Assembly: GCF_018350175.1 (NCBI RefSeq)
Contig: NC_058368.1
Span: forward strand, 143,160,001 to 143,224,000
DNA from: Felis catus
Lineage: Eukaryota
Direction: 5' to 3'
DNA: 64,000 nt
Shown here: positions 12,414-25,925 of the stretch, in pieces
Layout: each line of letters begins with the position of its first letter
Position numbering within the stretch: position 1 is the first letter of the stretch
Notes under the pieces: model-generated
What the model was told of the DNA's origin: nothing
Databases searched by the model: none
What the model saw: only the letters and a program-made list of their open reading frames with translations
Made by a program: the position numbers and the translations under genes

Positions 12414-13624
12414 CTAGAATGAAAGGAGAACACAGGTAAGTCATATGACTACTTCAAAGGATTTCTTGCTGAAAATATAGTAACTCCTGATAGTTAAAAC
12501 ATGAATTCTGAAGCAACATATGAAAATCAATTTTGAGAAATATTAAGACACTTATTGTAGAATGAATAGATTCTTTAAAGACACGAATCTAGGACAAGGA
12601 AAAAAGACTAGGGAAATAATTATTTATATGGCTTGGTCATGGGCAAAATCAGGAAAACTTAAAATTAAATGATTAATGATAGCAGAGAATCCCTATAATG
12701 AAGTTTTCTTTAAAAATTTCCTATGAAAACATATTCAAAATCAGATATAGCCATCTGCCTTCCATCTGTAGCTTTCAAATTAAACATGGCTTCTGAAAAC
12801 TGGCCTTGCAGAAGTGAGAAATTTTTCAAATACATTTCCAAAATGTTAAGAGAATCTGGAAGAAAAGATATGCTTAAAAATACAACTTAAATCATTCTAT
12901 TACTAGAATGACTTCATATCAATAGTGTCTCTGTGGCAAAAGATAACATTTTTTAGTCAATAACAATGTACTGAGGGCCCAAAGAGCTAACTAATTTTTA
13001 ATAAGCACTTGGTATTTTCTGAGAGAACAGAGAAGGGCAGAGTCCCTAAAAGTTATCCTGTCCAACAACACTGTTGGATTTGACAGTCAAAAGAGACAGA
13101 AGTCAACATAAAAACATACATATACCTCCAATCACAGCTCTTTACATACATCGGGAGCTCATACATTTTGGGTGACTAGACTGCAGTGAATTCTAGACTG
13201 CTAAAGAAACATAGCAAATCCTTCTCTTTCACATTTTCCAAGTATCTAATGACACTCCACAAATGTCACTCTACCTTTCTTAACACTTTTGTCCTTTCTA
13301 TTCATGTACTAATAGCCTTGTGCAGACCCTTATCATCCAGGCCGAAAGAACAGCAATAGCTTGCCAGAAGACTTAACTGTAATCTATTTTTACCTCTTCT
13401 GCAAACTAACATTCATCTGTGATGTTTAACTCCCCCATTCAAAGCCTTTCAAAGGCTCTTTTTTTTTTTTTTTTTTACGTCAAATCTTAACCCTCAGGTC
13501 TTGCATATACCAGTCCTAAACTACTTAACTATCCTCATCATCCAAGACACTCACGGTATGTGATATATCACTTTTCCAACTAAAAGCAAGCAAGTCTCCT
13601 TGTCCTAAGAACAAACCACTCTCA

Positions 13625-13827
13625 GGGTGCCTGGGTGGTTCAGTCGGTTAAGTATCCTACTCTTGATTTCAGCTCAGGTCATGGTCTCATGGTTCATGAG
13701 ATCAAGCTCTGTGCCAGACTCTGTGCTAACAACAAGAAGCCTACTTGGGATTCCTTCTCTCTCCCTCTCTGCCCCTCCCTGGCTTGTGCATACTCTCTCT
13801 CAAAATAAATAAATAAAACTTTAAGAA
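13625..13827 (+). mobile_element. Can-SINE
   Basis: Full unit; TSD-like aagaacaaaccactctc / aagaataaacaactctc. Confidence 0.9.
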
Positions 13828-15094
13828 AGAATAAACAACTCTCGTACCCATCTTGCTGGATATGAATGTCCTCTCTTACCTCTGAGGCCATTCAGACTTC
13901 ATCAAACCCTCTACTCTCAGCTCAGCAAGCACTTTCACCAGAAAGCCATTCCTATCTACTCAATCTGTCAAGGCTCTCCTGTCCTGTGGTCCACAAAATG
14001 AAATGTATTGAAAATCTTGGGAATTATTTCCTTATTCTTCAATGTTTATTAGTTTTCTTTGTTCAATTAGATAATAAATTCCTTACGGGGAATTCCAGTT
14101 CTCATAATGATGGAGTTGTTTTTATTAAAAAAACTTTCCCATACATAACAATGGCAAATCATGAACGAAATGTAAAATTCAACTGCTTGAATGCCCTGGT
14201 TAGTGACCAAATAGAGCAAAAGACTAAAAGATAGCCTGAGGAGCCTGATGATTTGGGGACTCCTTAGAACAGCTGAAACAGCTAGAAATTGAGGGAACTG
14301 TATGAAGAAAGCCCCAAATAAGCATAGAGATTTTTTCCAAGTCTTTGGTCAACCCTTGAACTAAACATGCACAGGTAAGAATCCAAGGAGTCCAGCATGG
14401 TGGGGTATGGGGAGCTGGAAGTCTGAAAGAGCTAAGGTGGTAGTGCTCATGCTCACCATAGAGAAAACAGTTTGAAGTTTGAGTCCCACCAAATTAGAGG
14501 ACATTGGTTATCACCTCAAGCTTTCCACTGAAGCATCCGAAGGGTTACGCCTTAGAAATAAAGATTTCTCAGGACTAGGGGATTCTCCAGAGGGTTAAGG
14601 GCAAAATTAAAATAAAACAACTCTAATAATGAAGCGTAAGTCCACACCTTCACAAATTCGAGGAAATCTGTAAGTCATTTAACTGCTTGCTCAAATAAAA
14701 AACATCATTCAGAATAAGATGAGAGCATCTATAGGCAGCATAGCATCTAATTTTTAATGTCTAACACACAACTGAAAATGACTACACATGTGAAGAAATA
14801 GGAAAACGCAACCTGTAGTTAAGTCAAAAAGCTGTCCTTATACCTGGCCAAAATTGCAAAGTTAATTCAGGCCAATGGGAAAGGATACCTTGATGGAAAT
14901 CAAATCTATAAAAAGGAAGGAAGAGCACTGAAAATTATAAACGCGAACAGAAAGATTTCATTTCTTAAATCTTTAAAATTCAATTAATTATTTACAACAA
15001 AAATTCCTTAAGGGCAAGGATTACTCAATAAGGAGATATGATAGTTTTTCAATGAATATTTATTGGCTCATGAGTTAACTGTTGTGAGTTAATT

Positions 15095-15240
15095 TTTTTT
15101 ATTGTGGTAAAGAACACATAATTAAATTTATCATCTTTACCATTTTTAAGTGTACAAGTATACTCAGACCATTGTGAAAAATATCTCTAGAACTTTTTCA
15201 TCTTGCTAAATGGAAATTCTATACTCATTAAACAACCTTC
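15095..15240 (-). mobile_element. L1 3'-end fragment (L1MA/MB-like)
   Basis: ttttttattgtggtaaa...accatttttaagtgtaca...gaaattctatactcattaaacaa is a reverse L1 3' terminus. Confidence 0.65.
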
Positions 15241-15871
15241 TTCTTCTTCCTCTTAAGTTAACCTTTATACATATAATAGGATGATATTTATTCAGGTTTC
15301 TTACTCTTCCTCCCTGTGTCTATTCCATTTCTATATTATTTCCCTTGTCATTCTGGTCCTATTACATTCCTTAAATTGTGCTCTGGTAGTGAGACAATTT
15401 TCTATTGTCTATGAAGTTCACTTGTTTGGCATCCTTTCTAAAAAAGGAAATTAGTGGCATCTGCTTCCTGTTGGGTAAATGTAAATGCTTTGAGCACAAA
15501 AAAAATTCTTCACAAGTAATTGTTTGGGCTTCTGATATTACTTATACTGGGGTTTCTGATTTTCTTTTTCTATATGAATTTCAAATGCAGGTGCTCCCCC
15601 ACTTTCTGAGAGCTTGCATTTATGCCACTTCACTTTTATGAAAGACCTAGATTAGTATGGTAATGGTGTTTTTTGGTAAAACTGAAAATCATCTTCAGAT
15701 TTCTGTCAAGTAGCAAAAACAGATACTAATGTAGGTCTTTTGTAAAAGTGAAGTGATATGATGTGAACTTTAAAGTAGGGGATACTCTTTGCTTTATGCC
15801 ACTTGAGCTTAGGAAAGGTTTCACAGCAATGCTTTATTTTTGGATAGTGGGGGAAACCTGTGTAACCGACT

Positions 15872-16360
15872 ATTTTTTCTTAAAATTTTTTTTCATGTTT
15901 ATTTTTGAGAGAGAAACAGATCGAGAGAGAGAGAGATCGAGTGAGCATGAGTGGGGGACAGGGGGACAGAGGATCTGAAGTAGGCTCTGTGCTGTCAGTA
16001 GACAACCTGATGCGGGGCTCGAACTCATGAACCATGAGAACATAACCTGAGCTAAAGTTGGCCTCTTAACCAAATGAGTCACCCAGGCACCTCCCAACTT
16101 TTATAAAGCGTTTCCTACCTGTATATTTTAAGTTGCTCTTTAAAAAAAATATTTTTTTAATGTTTTTATTTATTTTTGAGAGAGTGAGAGAGAGACAGAG
16201 CATGAGTGGGGAAGGGGTGGAGAGAGAGGGAGGCACAAATCTGAATCGGGCTTCAGGCCTGTCAGCACAGAGCCCCACGCAGGGCTCAAACTCACAAACT
16301 GTGAGATCATGACCAGCGCTGAAGTTGGACGCTTAACCAACTGAGCCACCCAGGCACTCC
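15872..16360 (-). mobile_element. Two minus Can-SINEs (15872-16094, 16141-16360)
   Basis: Two reverse units in intron 6. Confidence 0.9.
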
Positions 16361-16740
16361 TGTTCCTTTTTAAAAAAATAAAAATAAAATAATAAAAGCA
16401 TCTATCATTAACTCAGTGCAACTAAATGTCAATTCACTTTCGCAATTAATTTTCACAGGAATTCTACACAGTATCAATTATTATTTCTATTTTACAGATG
16501 AGATTACTGAGCAGAAAGAAAGACATAACTTACCAAGATTTTCACAGATAATGACAGAATAGAAAATATTTTTCTTAACTAAATAAACCCACTTATACTA
16601 CCATCTATCTATATGTTCTGACAACCAACGATTATCTCCAAAAGATGTCCTTGAACTGAGTCTACTACATGTAAGTCTCTGCTGCGCAGTGAAGTCTGTT
16701 AGCCATAAATCCCTATGGATGGCAGCAGCTCTGAACTTAC

Positions 16741-16897
16741 TCGCTTGTGCAGACGTTCTGCTTCCTCTTGATACGCAGCTAGTTGCTGTTTCCATTGTTT
16801 CACATTGGCAGTGGACTCCAACAGGGCTGCAGTGAGTTTGGCATTATTTCCTTTGAGGGTAGCCAGTTCAGCCTCCCAATGTTTGCTGATTGCTGAA
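16741..16897 (-). CDS. HOMER1: HOMER1 coding exon (human exon 6 equivalent), start of coiled-coil region
   Basis: Minus strand reads ttttcttttattttag|T TCA GCA ATC...AAG CGA|gtaagt. It translates as (S)SAISKHWEAELATLKGNNAKLTAALLESTANVKQWKQQLAAYQEEAERLHKR, recognised as Homer1b/c sequence. 157 bp, phase 2 in, phase 0 out. Confidence 0.98.
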
Positions 16898-17249
16898 CTA
16901 AAATAAAAGAAAATGCTATCAATTACATTGAATATTGTTACTTTGAAGGGACAGCAGGACTCAGTTCTATTAGTTTTATAGTTCATGGATGCTTCAAAGA
17001 TAATCCAAAAAGTATAAAAACAACTATTTCAATGAAATGTTCCTAGTGAAGAAAACCTAGCAAGTGAAGAAAGCTTAATGTGAGCTAGTTCCCACTTTCA
17101 TTACGACAGGTAACAGATATCTACAGGAGAGTTTCTACTCATTCTCTTTTGAGGAATAAACACTATATCTATCTATATAGGTATATATAGATATACCTAT
17201 CAGCAAAACCTAATAATCTACTGTATATTTGAGGGAGATAGCATTAAAA

Positions 17250-18125
17250 ATTTTATTTCATAAAAACACAGTTTTGACATACAATATTAGTTTCTGGTGT
17301 ATAACATAGTGATTTGATGATTATATCTATCACAAAATATTCACCATGGTAAATACAGTTACTGTGTGTCACTATACAAAGCTATTATTACATTATTTAC
17401 TATATTTCCTACTCTGTACTTTTCATCCCTGTTATTTACTTTATAACTACAAGTTTGTACCTCTTAATCCCCTTGATCACCTACTTCCCCTCACTCCCCT
17501 TTTCTCTGGCAGCCACCAGTTTGTTGTCTGTACTTATGAGTCTATTTTTGTTTGTTTTTTGATTTCTTAAATTAAGTTTATTTATTTTGAGAGAGTGGGA
17601 GAGCATGAATGGGGTAGGGGTGGAAAGAGGGGAGAATGAATCCGAAGCTCTGCACTGACAGTGCAGAGTGGGGCTGGAACTCATGAAATGTGAGATCATG
17701 ACCTAAGCAGAAACAAAGAGTCGGATGCTTAACTGAGCCACCCGGGCGTCCCAAGTTTGTTTTGTTTTTTAAATTCCACATATAAGTTAAATTATATGGT
17801 ATTCTTTCTCTGGCTTATTTTATAGCAAAATACTTTCTAGGTCCAAACATGTTGTGGCAAGTGGCAAGATTTCATTCTTTTTTATGGTAAGGAAGATTCC
17901 ATTTTGTATATATATATATATATATACACACCATATTTTCTTCATCCATTATCCATTCATCTATTGGTGGACCTTGGGGTGTTCCATATCTAGGCTATTG
18001 TAAATAATGTGCAATAAACCTAAGGGTGCATATATCTTTTAGAATTAGAATTTTCTTTGGGTAAAGACCCAGAAGGATCATATGGTATCTCCATTTTTAA
18101 TTTTTAAGGAGCCTCCATACTGTCT
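17250..18125 (-). mobile_element. L1 3'UTR/ORF2-end fragment with nested minus Can-SINE (~17570-17752)
   Basis: Reverse L1 3' motifs (tgacatacaatattagtttctggtgtataacatagtgatt; ggctattgtaaataatg); (TA)n at 17906-17926. Confidence 0.8.
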
Positions 18126-18795
18126 TTTTAAAATACCCTGTATTTTAAAATACACTGTATTTTTTTAAGTGCATCAAAGCCTGAAGCACAATTTCATTCC
18201 TTTCTGAAACATATGAGGATGATTCAATGTCAATAAGGTATGGGACATGTAATGTAGTATTTCCTCTGAAATTATTATTGATTTATTTCATGCTATTCAT
18301 AATTTTGAAATGCCCAAAATACAAAAAATTTGTTGCAATAAATTTATTTCGGATATGATGATAGGGTACACCCCAGAAACTGGTCTTAATGACTTAATTT
18401 GATAGAATTCCAGTGTTACACATAGAACAAAAAAACCTAAAAGCAATCACCTATTTCCTCATTTATTGTTCTACTTGATAAGTTATCCAAAGTTAATTGC
18501 TTCAACCAAGACAATTTTTCTACTACAAAAACAATTCTATTACTCGGGAAGATTCTTCTTTTGATAATTCCTTTGTTAACTGTCCAATGAAGAAAGAATT
18601 GCCTCATTTGAAAGAAAAAGGTGTTTTTTTCTTATCATTGAACAATTTACCTTTTTTAGTGGAATTCTACAGACCTCATACCATTAATTAACTAGTGATG
18701 ATAACAGCTTTCCCTAATCTGCATTTTGGTTTTTGGTAAATTATCTGCATTACAAAGCAAATGCTTTGATGGACTGGTATTTTTAATAATAATTT

Positions 18796-19017
18796 AAAAA
18801 AATTTAAATGTCTTATTATTTATTTTTGAGAGTAAGAGAGACACAGCACGAGAGGGGAAGGGGCAGAGAGAGAGAGGGAGACAAGGAATCTGAAGCAGGC
18901 TCCAGGCTCTGAGCTGTCAGCACAGAGCCCAATGCGGGGCTTGAACTCACAAACTGCATGATCATGCAGTGAACTGAAAGTTGGATGCTTAACCAACTGA
19001 GCCACCCAGGCGCCCCC
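18796..19017 (-). mobile_element. Can-SINE
   Basis: TSD ttaataataattt on both sides. Confidence 0.9.
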
Positions 19018-19099
19018 TTAATAATAATTTTAATATGTATTATATAAAAGAAATCATAGCATCTATCATCAAGAATTTCTAAAGCTCATCACCAGTAAT

Positions 19100-19545
19100 A
19101 AAATGTATCAGCATCATGAACCCTCTCATATGATGCATAGGGAAAGATACAAGATAATTTCTGCGGTATTCTTGTCAAAAATGCATAACCTTATTCTAAT
19201 CATGAGCAAACATCATAAACCCAAACTGAGGGGCTGTCTACAAAATAACTGGTTGGTATTCTTCAAAAGTATCAAAAGACTGAGAAAAAGAATGGTGGAG
19301 ATTAAGAAGAAATAATTAAATGCAAAGTGTGATCATGGATAGGTTCCTAGAACAGAAAAGGACAATTGTAAAAAGAGGTCTGCAGTTTAGTTGGTAGTAC
19401 CGTGTCTATATTAATTTGGTAATTATTATGGTTGTGTGAGATGCTACCATTAAGAGAAGTTGGGTGAGGGGTACATGGAGATTCTCCACATAGTTTCTGT
19501 AAGTTTTCTGTAAGTCTAAAATTAGTTTCAAATAAAAAGCTTTTA
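19100..19545 (+). mobile_element. Old L1 (L1MC-like) 3'UTR fragment
   Basis: aaaatgcataaccttattctaatcatgag...ttttctgtaagtctaaaattagtttcaaataaaaag terminus. Confidence 0.7.
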
Positions 19546-19849
19546 AAATTTTCTAAAGTTTACTGAAATTTCCTCAAAACATGAATGAATAAAAATCAAA
19601 CAATAAGCTAAGCTATTAATTTAACAGCCCACTTGTAGCCTTGAAAAGAAAACTCTTTTCTATTCGGTCTTTTGTGAAATGATGTTCCAAATTCAGGTTT
19701 TCTGAGTAAAGCATGCACCTGTTCTCACTTAATTACAGATTTTTTCAAAACCACCTACCATTTTTTCCCTATAAAGTTTTATTTAAACAGACCTTTTAAT
19801 CTGCTAACTAAAATCTTACTGAACTAATTTAAACACTAGATATATGCAA

Positions 19850-20850
19850 ATGTAAAACTCCTGGGGCATCTTTTGTTATATTTGGTCTTTTGTCTGCAGC
19901 CCCAGAAATCACTTTAGAGCCATAAAAGTGAAACGGATGTCTTGTTATTCGCAACAAGCCCCTTTCAACCACAATTAAGTTTATGTTAATGAGGTGACTT
20001 TTAGAAACCTCCTAAAGAGGGGTGCCTGGGTGGCGCAGTCGGTTAAGCGTCCGACTTCAGCCAGGTCACGATCTTGCGGTCCGTGAGTTCGAGCCCCGCG
20101 TCGGGCTCTGGGCTGATGGCTCAGAGCCTGGAGCCTGTTTCTGTATCTGTGTCTCCCTCTCTCTCTGCCCCTCCCCCGTTCATGCTGTGTCTCTCTCTCT
20201 GTCCCAAAAATAAATAAATGTTGAAAAAAAAAAAAAATTTAAAAAAAAAAGAAACCTCCTAAAGATATGAGGGCTGGTGGCAGGAAGAACCCACCTTGAT
20301 TACAGGGTTAAAACTTTCACTCCCACCCTCTGACCTCCAGGGAGAGAGAGAGGGGCTGAAAGTGAAACAGTCACCAATGGCCAAAGAGTTTATCAATCAT
20401 GTCTATGGAATGAACCCTCCATAAAAACCCAGAAGAGCTGCCATGTTGGTGACCCAGAAAGCATTCAAGTGCTAGGCCCCAAACTCCACAGGGGAAAAAG
20501 TTCCAGTTGTTAGGATCTTGCTGTATGTATTATTTCATCTGGCTGTTCATTCACATCCTTTAATATCCTTTGTAATAAACTGGTAATCGAGTAAGCAAAG
20601 CCAGTTTCTTGAGTTCTGTGAACTACTCTAGCAAATTAACTGAACTAGGTAGGGGGTTGTAGCTATCTCTAATTTATAGCCAGTGAATCAAAAACACAGG
20701 TAACAACCTGGACTTGCAACCTGGCATCTGAAGAAGAAGCAATCTTATGGGACTGAGCCCTTTATATGTGGGATCTGATGCTCCCTCCAGGCAGTCTAAG
20801 AATTGAGTTAAAATTGTGGGACACTCAATCAGAGTTAATTGCTTGGTGGT
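19850..20850 (+). mobile_element. Solo LTR, MER21-like (ERVL class)
   Basis: gtttatgttaatgaggtgact; tctgacctccagggagagagagaggggctg; caatcatgtctatggaatgaaccctccataaaaaccc; gggactgagccctt...gggatctgatgct are typical of MER21-family LTRs. Ends approximate. Confidence 0.75.
20019..20249 (+). mobile_element. Young Can-SINE nested in the LTR
   Basis: Perfect 16-bp TSD agaaacctcctaaaga (20003-20018, 20250-20265), intact CpGs, long A tail. Confidence 0.95.
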
Positions 20851-21485
20851 ACCAATCTATTTCCTGGATCGAAGCCATGGGTTATAGCTCCTGTTCTAGT
20901 CAGCTGGCTTTCCTGTGACAGTTTCTTCCTCCCAATTAGACTTTAATTTTCCTCTCTATGAATTTTTGCCCAAAACTTTCCATATTCAGCATCAATCTAT
21001 AAGAATGCATTCTTCTCTTTCAGGGATTCAGGTCTTCTCCAACAAGTATTTTCTAGCTACACCACCGAACCTTCCAGTTCCCAGCACAGCTCGGTGCTTG
21101 TGTTTAGGTAAACACTTGACTATCTAAATGAAAAAGTAAAGGTATGAACTTATGAGCTAAGTACAAAACCCACCTAGGATTAAGTTGGTGAATATAATGA
21201 ATAGTAAATGTTACAACAATTAAATCTTAATTAAGTTTTCAATACTAAGAAAATTCTTAAATATAATTATTTTGAATCTCACATTAGGGACGGGATTTCA
21301 CGCCAGCTTTAATTAGTAGAACCTACAGTTTCTTGATTTCTGTTTTAAATCAATTGATCAAGCATACAAAATATAGGAGATTTTATGTATAAAATTCAGA
21401 TCTGGGACTTGGAGTATTTACAAAGGACCTGTTCAGGAAAAGGTTAGTATTCCTGACCAAATGCCTTGTTTTGTGTAATCTAGAA

Positions 21486-21713
21486 ATTTAAAAAAAAATT
21501 TTATTCATTTTTGACAGAGAGAGAGAGAATGGGCCTGTGTGCAAGTGCACGGGGGAGGGGCACAAAGAGGGAGACACAGAATCCAAAGAAGGCTCCAGGG
21601 TCTGAGCTGTTAGCACAGAGCCCACCGTGGGGCCCGAACCCACCAACTGTGAGATCATGACCTGAGCTGAATGAAGTTGGTCGCTCAACTGACTGAGCCA
21701 CCCAGGCACCCCT
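21486..21713 (-). mobile_element. Can-SINE
   Basis: TSD tgtaatctagaa. Confidence 0.9.
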
Positions 21714-21724
21714 GTAATCTAGAA

Positions 21725-22583
21725 GTATCAATTGACCAATCAAAATTGGCCAAGCTGAACACAGAGAGAAAAAAATAAACAAAAAACCCCACCAGAGTAT
21801 CTAAGACATGGGGACAATATCAAACTTTCTAACAAATGTGTAACTGGCATCCCAGAAAGAAAAGAGAAGAAAGCAGAAAAAATATGTGAAGAGACGAAGG
21901 CTGACAATTTTCAAAAAACTATAAAGGGCATTTAACTACAAACCCAAAAAACTCAAAAACATATACACAGAACAAAGGTAACAATTATAGTAGTTTCTCA
22001 TCACAAACTAAGCAGTCCATAAGAGAACAGTGTGATAGTGCCAAAAGAAAACAATTGTCAACCCAGAATTCTACACACAGGGATGATACTTTTCTAAATG
22101 AAGGTGAAATAACAAAAGCTAAAGGAATTCCTTACCAGCAGATAACATACTACAGGAAATATAAAGGAAGTTTTTTAGACAGGAACTTGGATCCTCACAA
22201 AAAAATGAAAATATCTGGACATGATTAAAATGAAGATTATTATAGAGGCATCTGGTGGCTTAGTCAGTTAAGCATCTGACTTCGGCTCAGGTCATGATCT
22301 CACAGTTCGTGAGTTCAAGCCGTACATCAGGCTCTGTGCTGACAGCTTGGAGCCTGGAGCCTGGAGCCTGCTTTGGATTCTATGTCTTTCTCTGGCCCCC
22401 GCCCCCTCTCTCTCTCTCTCTTCCCCTCTGCTTGCTCACATTTGGTCTCTCTCTCAAAAATAAGTATTAAAAAATATTAAAAAATTAAACGAAGATTATA
22501 TAAAAAAAATCCCAAGGCAATTCAAAGGAGAATCAACAGCCTTTTAAACAAATAGTGCCAAAACAGCTAGATAACCACACACA

Positions 22584-22650
<67 letters not shown>

Positions 22651-25600
22651 GAAAATCTTGAGTCCTATCTCCTATCCTATATAAAAATGAACTGAAAATA
22701 TAAAATTGTTATAAAATATAAACCTTCAAGAAGAGACGACAAAAGAAGAAATCCTTGTCAACATGGGTTAGGCAAAAGTTTCTTAGATAGAGCACCAAAA
22801 GTGTGATCCATTAAAAATTGATAAAAGGTATTTCATAACAATTACAAACTTCTCTTTGAGAGACCCAATTTAAAAAAAAAAAATGAAGAGACTCTGGGAT
22901 GCAAGGAAAGTTTAACATACAAAAATCAATGTAATATACCACATTAATAGAATAAAAAAAACACATGATCATCTCAAATGATGTAGAAAAACCATTTGAC
23001 AAAATTCAATACCCTTTTATTATAAAAATAGCCAATAAATGAGGAATAGAAGGAAACTACCCAATATAATAAAAGCCATGTAGGAAAATCACACAGCTAA
23101 CATCAGAGTCAAAAGTGAAAGCTGAAACCTTTTCCTCTGAGATCAGAAACCAGACAAGGATGCTCACTTTCACCACTCTAAATTCAACATGGTACTGGAA
23201 GTCCTAGCTAGCACAAGGAGGCACAAAAATGAATGACATGTGTCTAAATTGGAAAGAAAGAAGTAGAATTATCTGTTTGCGGGAGACATAATTTCTATGT
23301 TGAAAACCCTAAAGATTTCACAAACAGGCTGTTAATAAATGAGTTCAGCAAAGTTGCATCGGTACACAAAACCAGTTGTAATTCTAATACACAACAAATA
23401 ATCAGAAAAGGAAATTAATAAAACAATTCCATTTATAATAGCATCCAACAGAATAAAATGCTTATAAAATACTTAGTAATGAACTTAAACAAGGGGATAA
23501 AAAACTTGTACACTTAAAACTATAAAAAGTCACTGGAAGTGGGGCGCCTGGGTGGTTCAGTTGGTTAAGTGTCCGACTTTGGCTCAGGTCACAACCTTGC
23601 GGTCCGAGAGTTCAAGCCCCGTGTCGGGCTCTGTGGTGACAGCTCAGAGCCTGGAGCCTGCTTCAGATTCTGTGTCTCCCTCTCTTTGCCCCTACCCCAC
23701 TTGTACTCTGTGTGTGTGTCTCTCTCCCTCTAAAATAAATAAATATTAAAAAACAATTTTTTTTTAAAAAGGTCACTGAAAGAAATCAAAGAAGACACAA
23801 ATGAACAGGAAAACATTCCATGTACATAGACTGGAAGACTTAATACTGTGAAGATGTCCATACTACCCCAAGTGATCTACAGATTCAACGTAATCCCATC
23901 AAAATCCCAACAATGTAATTTGAGAAATAGAAAAATTCATCCTAAAATTCACATGGCATTTCAGAGGACTCCAAATTGCAAAACAATCTTAAAAAAAAAA
24001 AAAAAAAAGAACACAGTTGGAGCTCACATTTCCTGATTTCAAAACTTATACAAAACTACAATAATCAAAACAGTGTGTACTGACGTAAAGACAGACATAT
24101 AAACCAATGGAATAGAACATAGAGGCCAGAAATAAAGCCTCACATATATGGTCAATTGGGTTTCACATATATGATTGCCATGATCATTCAATGTGGAAAG
24201 GATGGTCTTTCCAACAAATGATACTGGGAAAACTGAATACCCACATGCAAAAGCAGCTAGGTCTCTGTCTTATGCCGTATATGAAACTTAACTAAAAATG
24301 GATGAGTGACCTAAGTGTAAGAGTTAAACTATAAATCTCTTAAAAAGAAAACATAGGGGAAAAGCTCCAGGACAAAGGACTTGCAATGATTTCTTGGATA
24401 TAACATAAAAAGCACAGGCAATTAAAAAAAGATAAATTTGGACCATGGCAAAATTTTAAACTTTTGTGCATCAGGAACACCTGGGTGGCTCAGTTGGTTG
24501 GGGGTTCAACTTCAGCTCAGATCATGATCTCATGATTCATGAATTCGAATCCCACATTGGGTTCTCTGCTGTCAGCACAGAGCCAGCTTCAGATCCCCTG
24601 TCCCCCCTCTCTCTCTCTGCTCCTCCCCCACTTTCTCCCTCTCTCTCTCTCTCAAAAATAAACATTAAAAAAACAAACCAAAAAAACCTTTTGGGCATCA
24701 AGATACAATTAGCAGAATGAAAAGACAACCTACATAATAGGAAAAAATATTTCCAAATCACAGAGTTAATATGTAGAATATATAAAGAACTTGTACAATT
24801 CAACAACAAAACCCAAATAATCTGATTAGAAAATGGGCAAAGGACTTGAAGAGATGTTTCTCCAAAGATATCCAAGTGGCCAATAAGAGCTTGAAAAGAT
24901 GCTCAACATCACTAGTCATTAGAGAAACGCACATCAAAACCATGATGAGACATCATTTCATATCCATTAAGATGACTACTTTAAAAAAAAAAAACAAAAA
25001 ACAAACGTTGGTGAGGATTCAGAGAAATTGGAACCCTTGTACACTGTTGGTGAGAATATAAAATGGTGCAGCTGCTGTGAAAAACAGTATGGCAGTTCCT
25101 CAAAAAATTAGGGATGTAATTACCATGTGATCTAGTAATTCTACTTCTCAGCATATATTTAAAAGATATTTGCAAAACAATGCTCACAGTAGCATTATTC
25201 ACAACAGTCAAAGATAGAAGCAACCCAAGTGTCCAGTGGCAGATGGATAAACAAAATGTGATATACATGCAATGGAGAATTTTTAAGCCTTAAAACAGAA
25301 AAACATTGTGGCACATGCTACAACATGGATGAACCTTGAGGATATTATGCTAAGTGAACTAAGCCAGTCACAAAAAGACAAATATTATACACTTCCACTT
25401 AAAAAGTTACCTAGAGTAGTCAAATTCAGAGACAGAAAGTAGAAGGGTGGTTGCCAGGTGCTGGAGGGAAGAAAGGAATGGATAGTTGCTGTTTAATTGG
25501 TACAGAGCTTTAGTTTTGCAAGATGAAAAAAAAAATCTATAGATTGATTCTGCAACAATGTGAATATACTTTACACTATTGAACTGTACACATAAAAATG

Positions 25601-25925
25601 GTTATGACGATAAATTTTATGCTATATATATTTTACCATAATTTTTTAAAAGGGAAAAAAAGGCAACATATTGTATGATTTCCATTTATATGACATTAGG
25701 GAAAAGACACTATAGGGACAGAAAAGAGATCTTTGGTTGCCAGTGGCTGGGGGGCACGGATAGAAGTTGACTATACCAAAGAGGAGGAGAGAAATCTGGG
25801 GGTTATAGAACTTGACTTTGTGTTGGTGCCTACACAACTATACAAATGTGTCAGAAGTGATTAAAATTGCAGAGCAGAAAGGGTAAATTTTACTATATAT
25901 AAATTATACTTCCATTAAAAAATTA
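21725..25925 (+). mobile_element. Composite old L1 relics (ORF1 remnant, ORF2 3' half ~22890-25400, two 3'UTR ends at ~25650 and ~25920) with nested + SINEs at ~22246-22485, 23540-23768, 24472-24688
   Basis: L1 ORF2 peptides in ORF track (KMSILPQVIYRFNVIP; KRCSTSLVIRETHIKTMMRHH) and L1 3'UTR motifs. Confidence 0.8.
22576..22647. repeat. (CA)n(CG)7(CA)n compound microsatellite
   Basis: 72 bp of uninterrupted purine-pyrimidine alternation. Confidence 0.95.

Noticed and set aside
16898..16986. In-frame upstream extension of exon 6 as the 12-aa Homer1c insert
   Set aside because: The extension reads ...NVIDSIFFYF, which is the polypyrimidine tract, not the rodent insert as I recall it (AGDRTQGLSHAS-like). 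I did not see such a sequence elsewhere, though a by-eye search could miss a diverged 36-bp exon.
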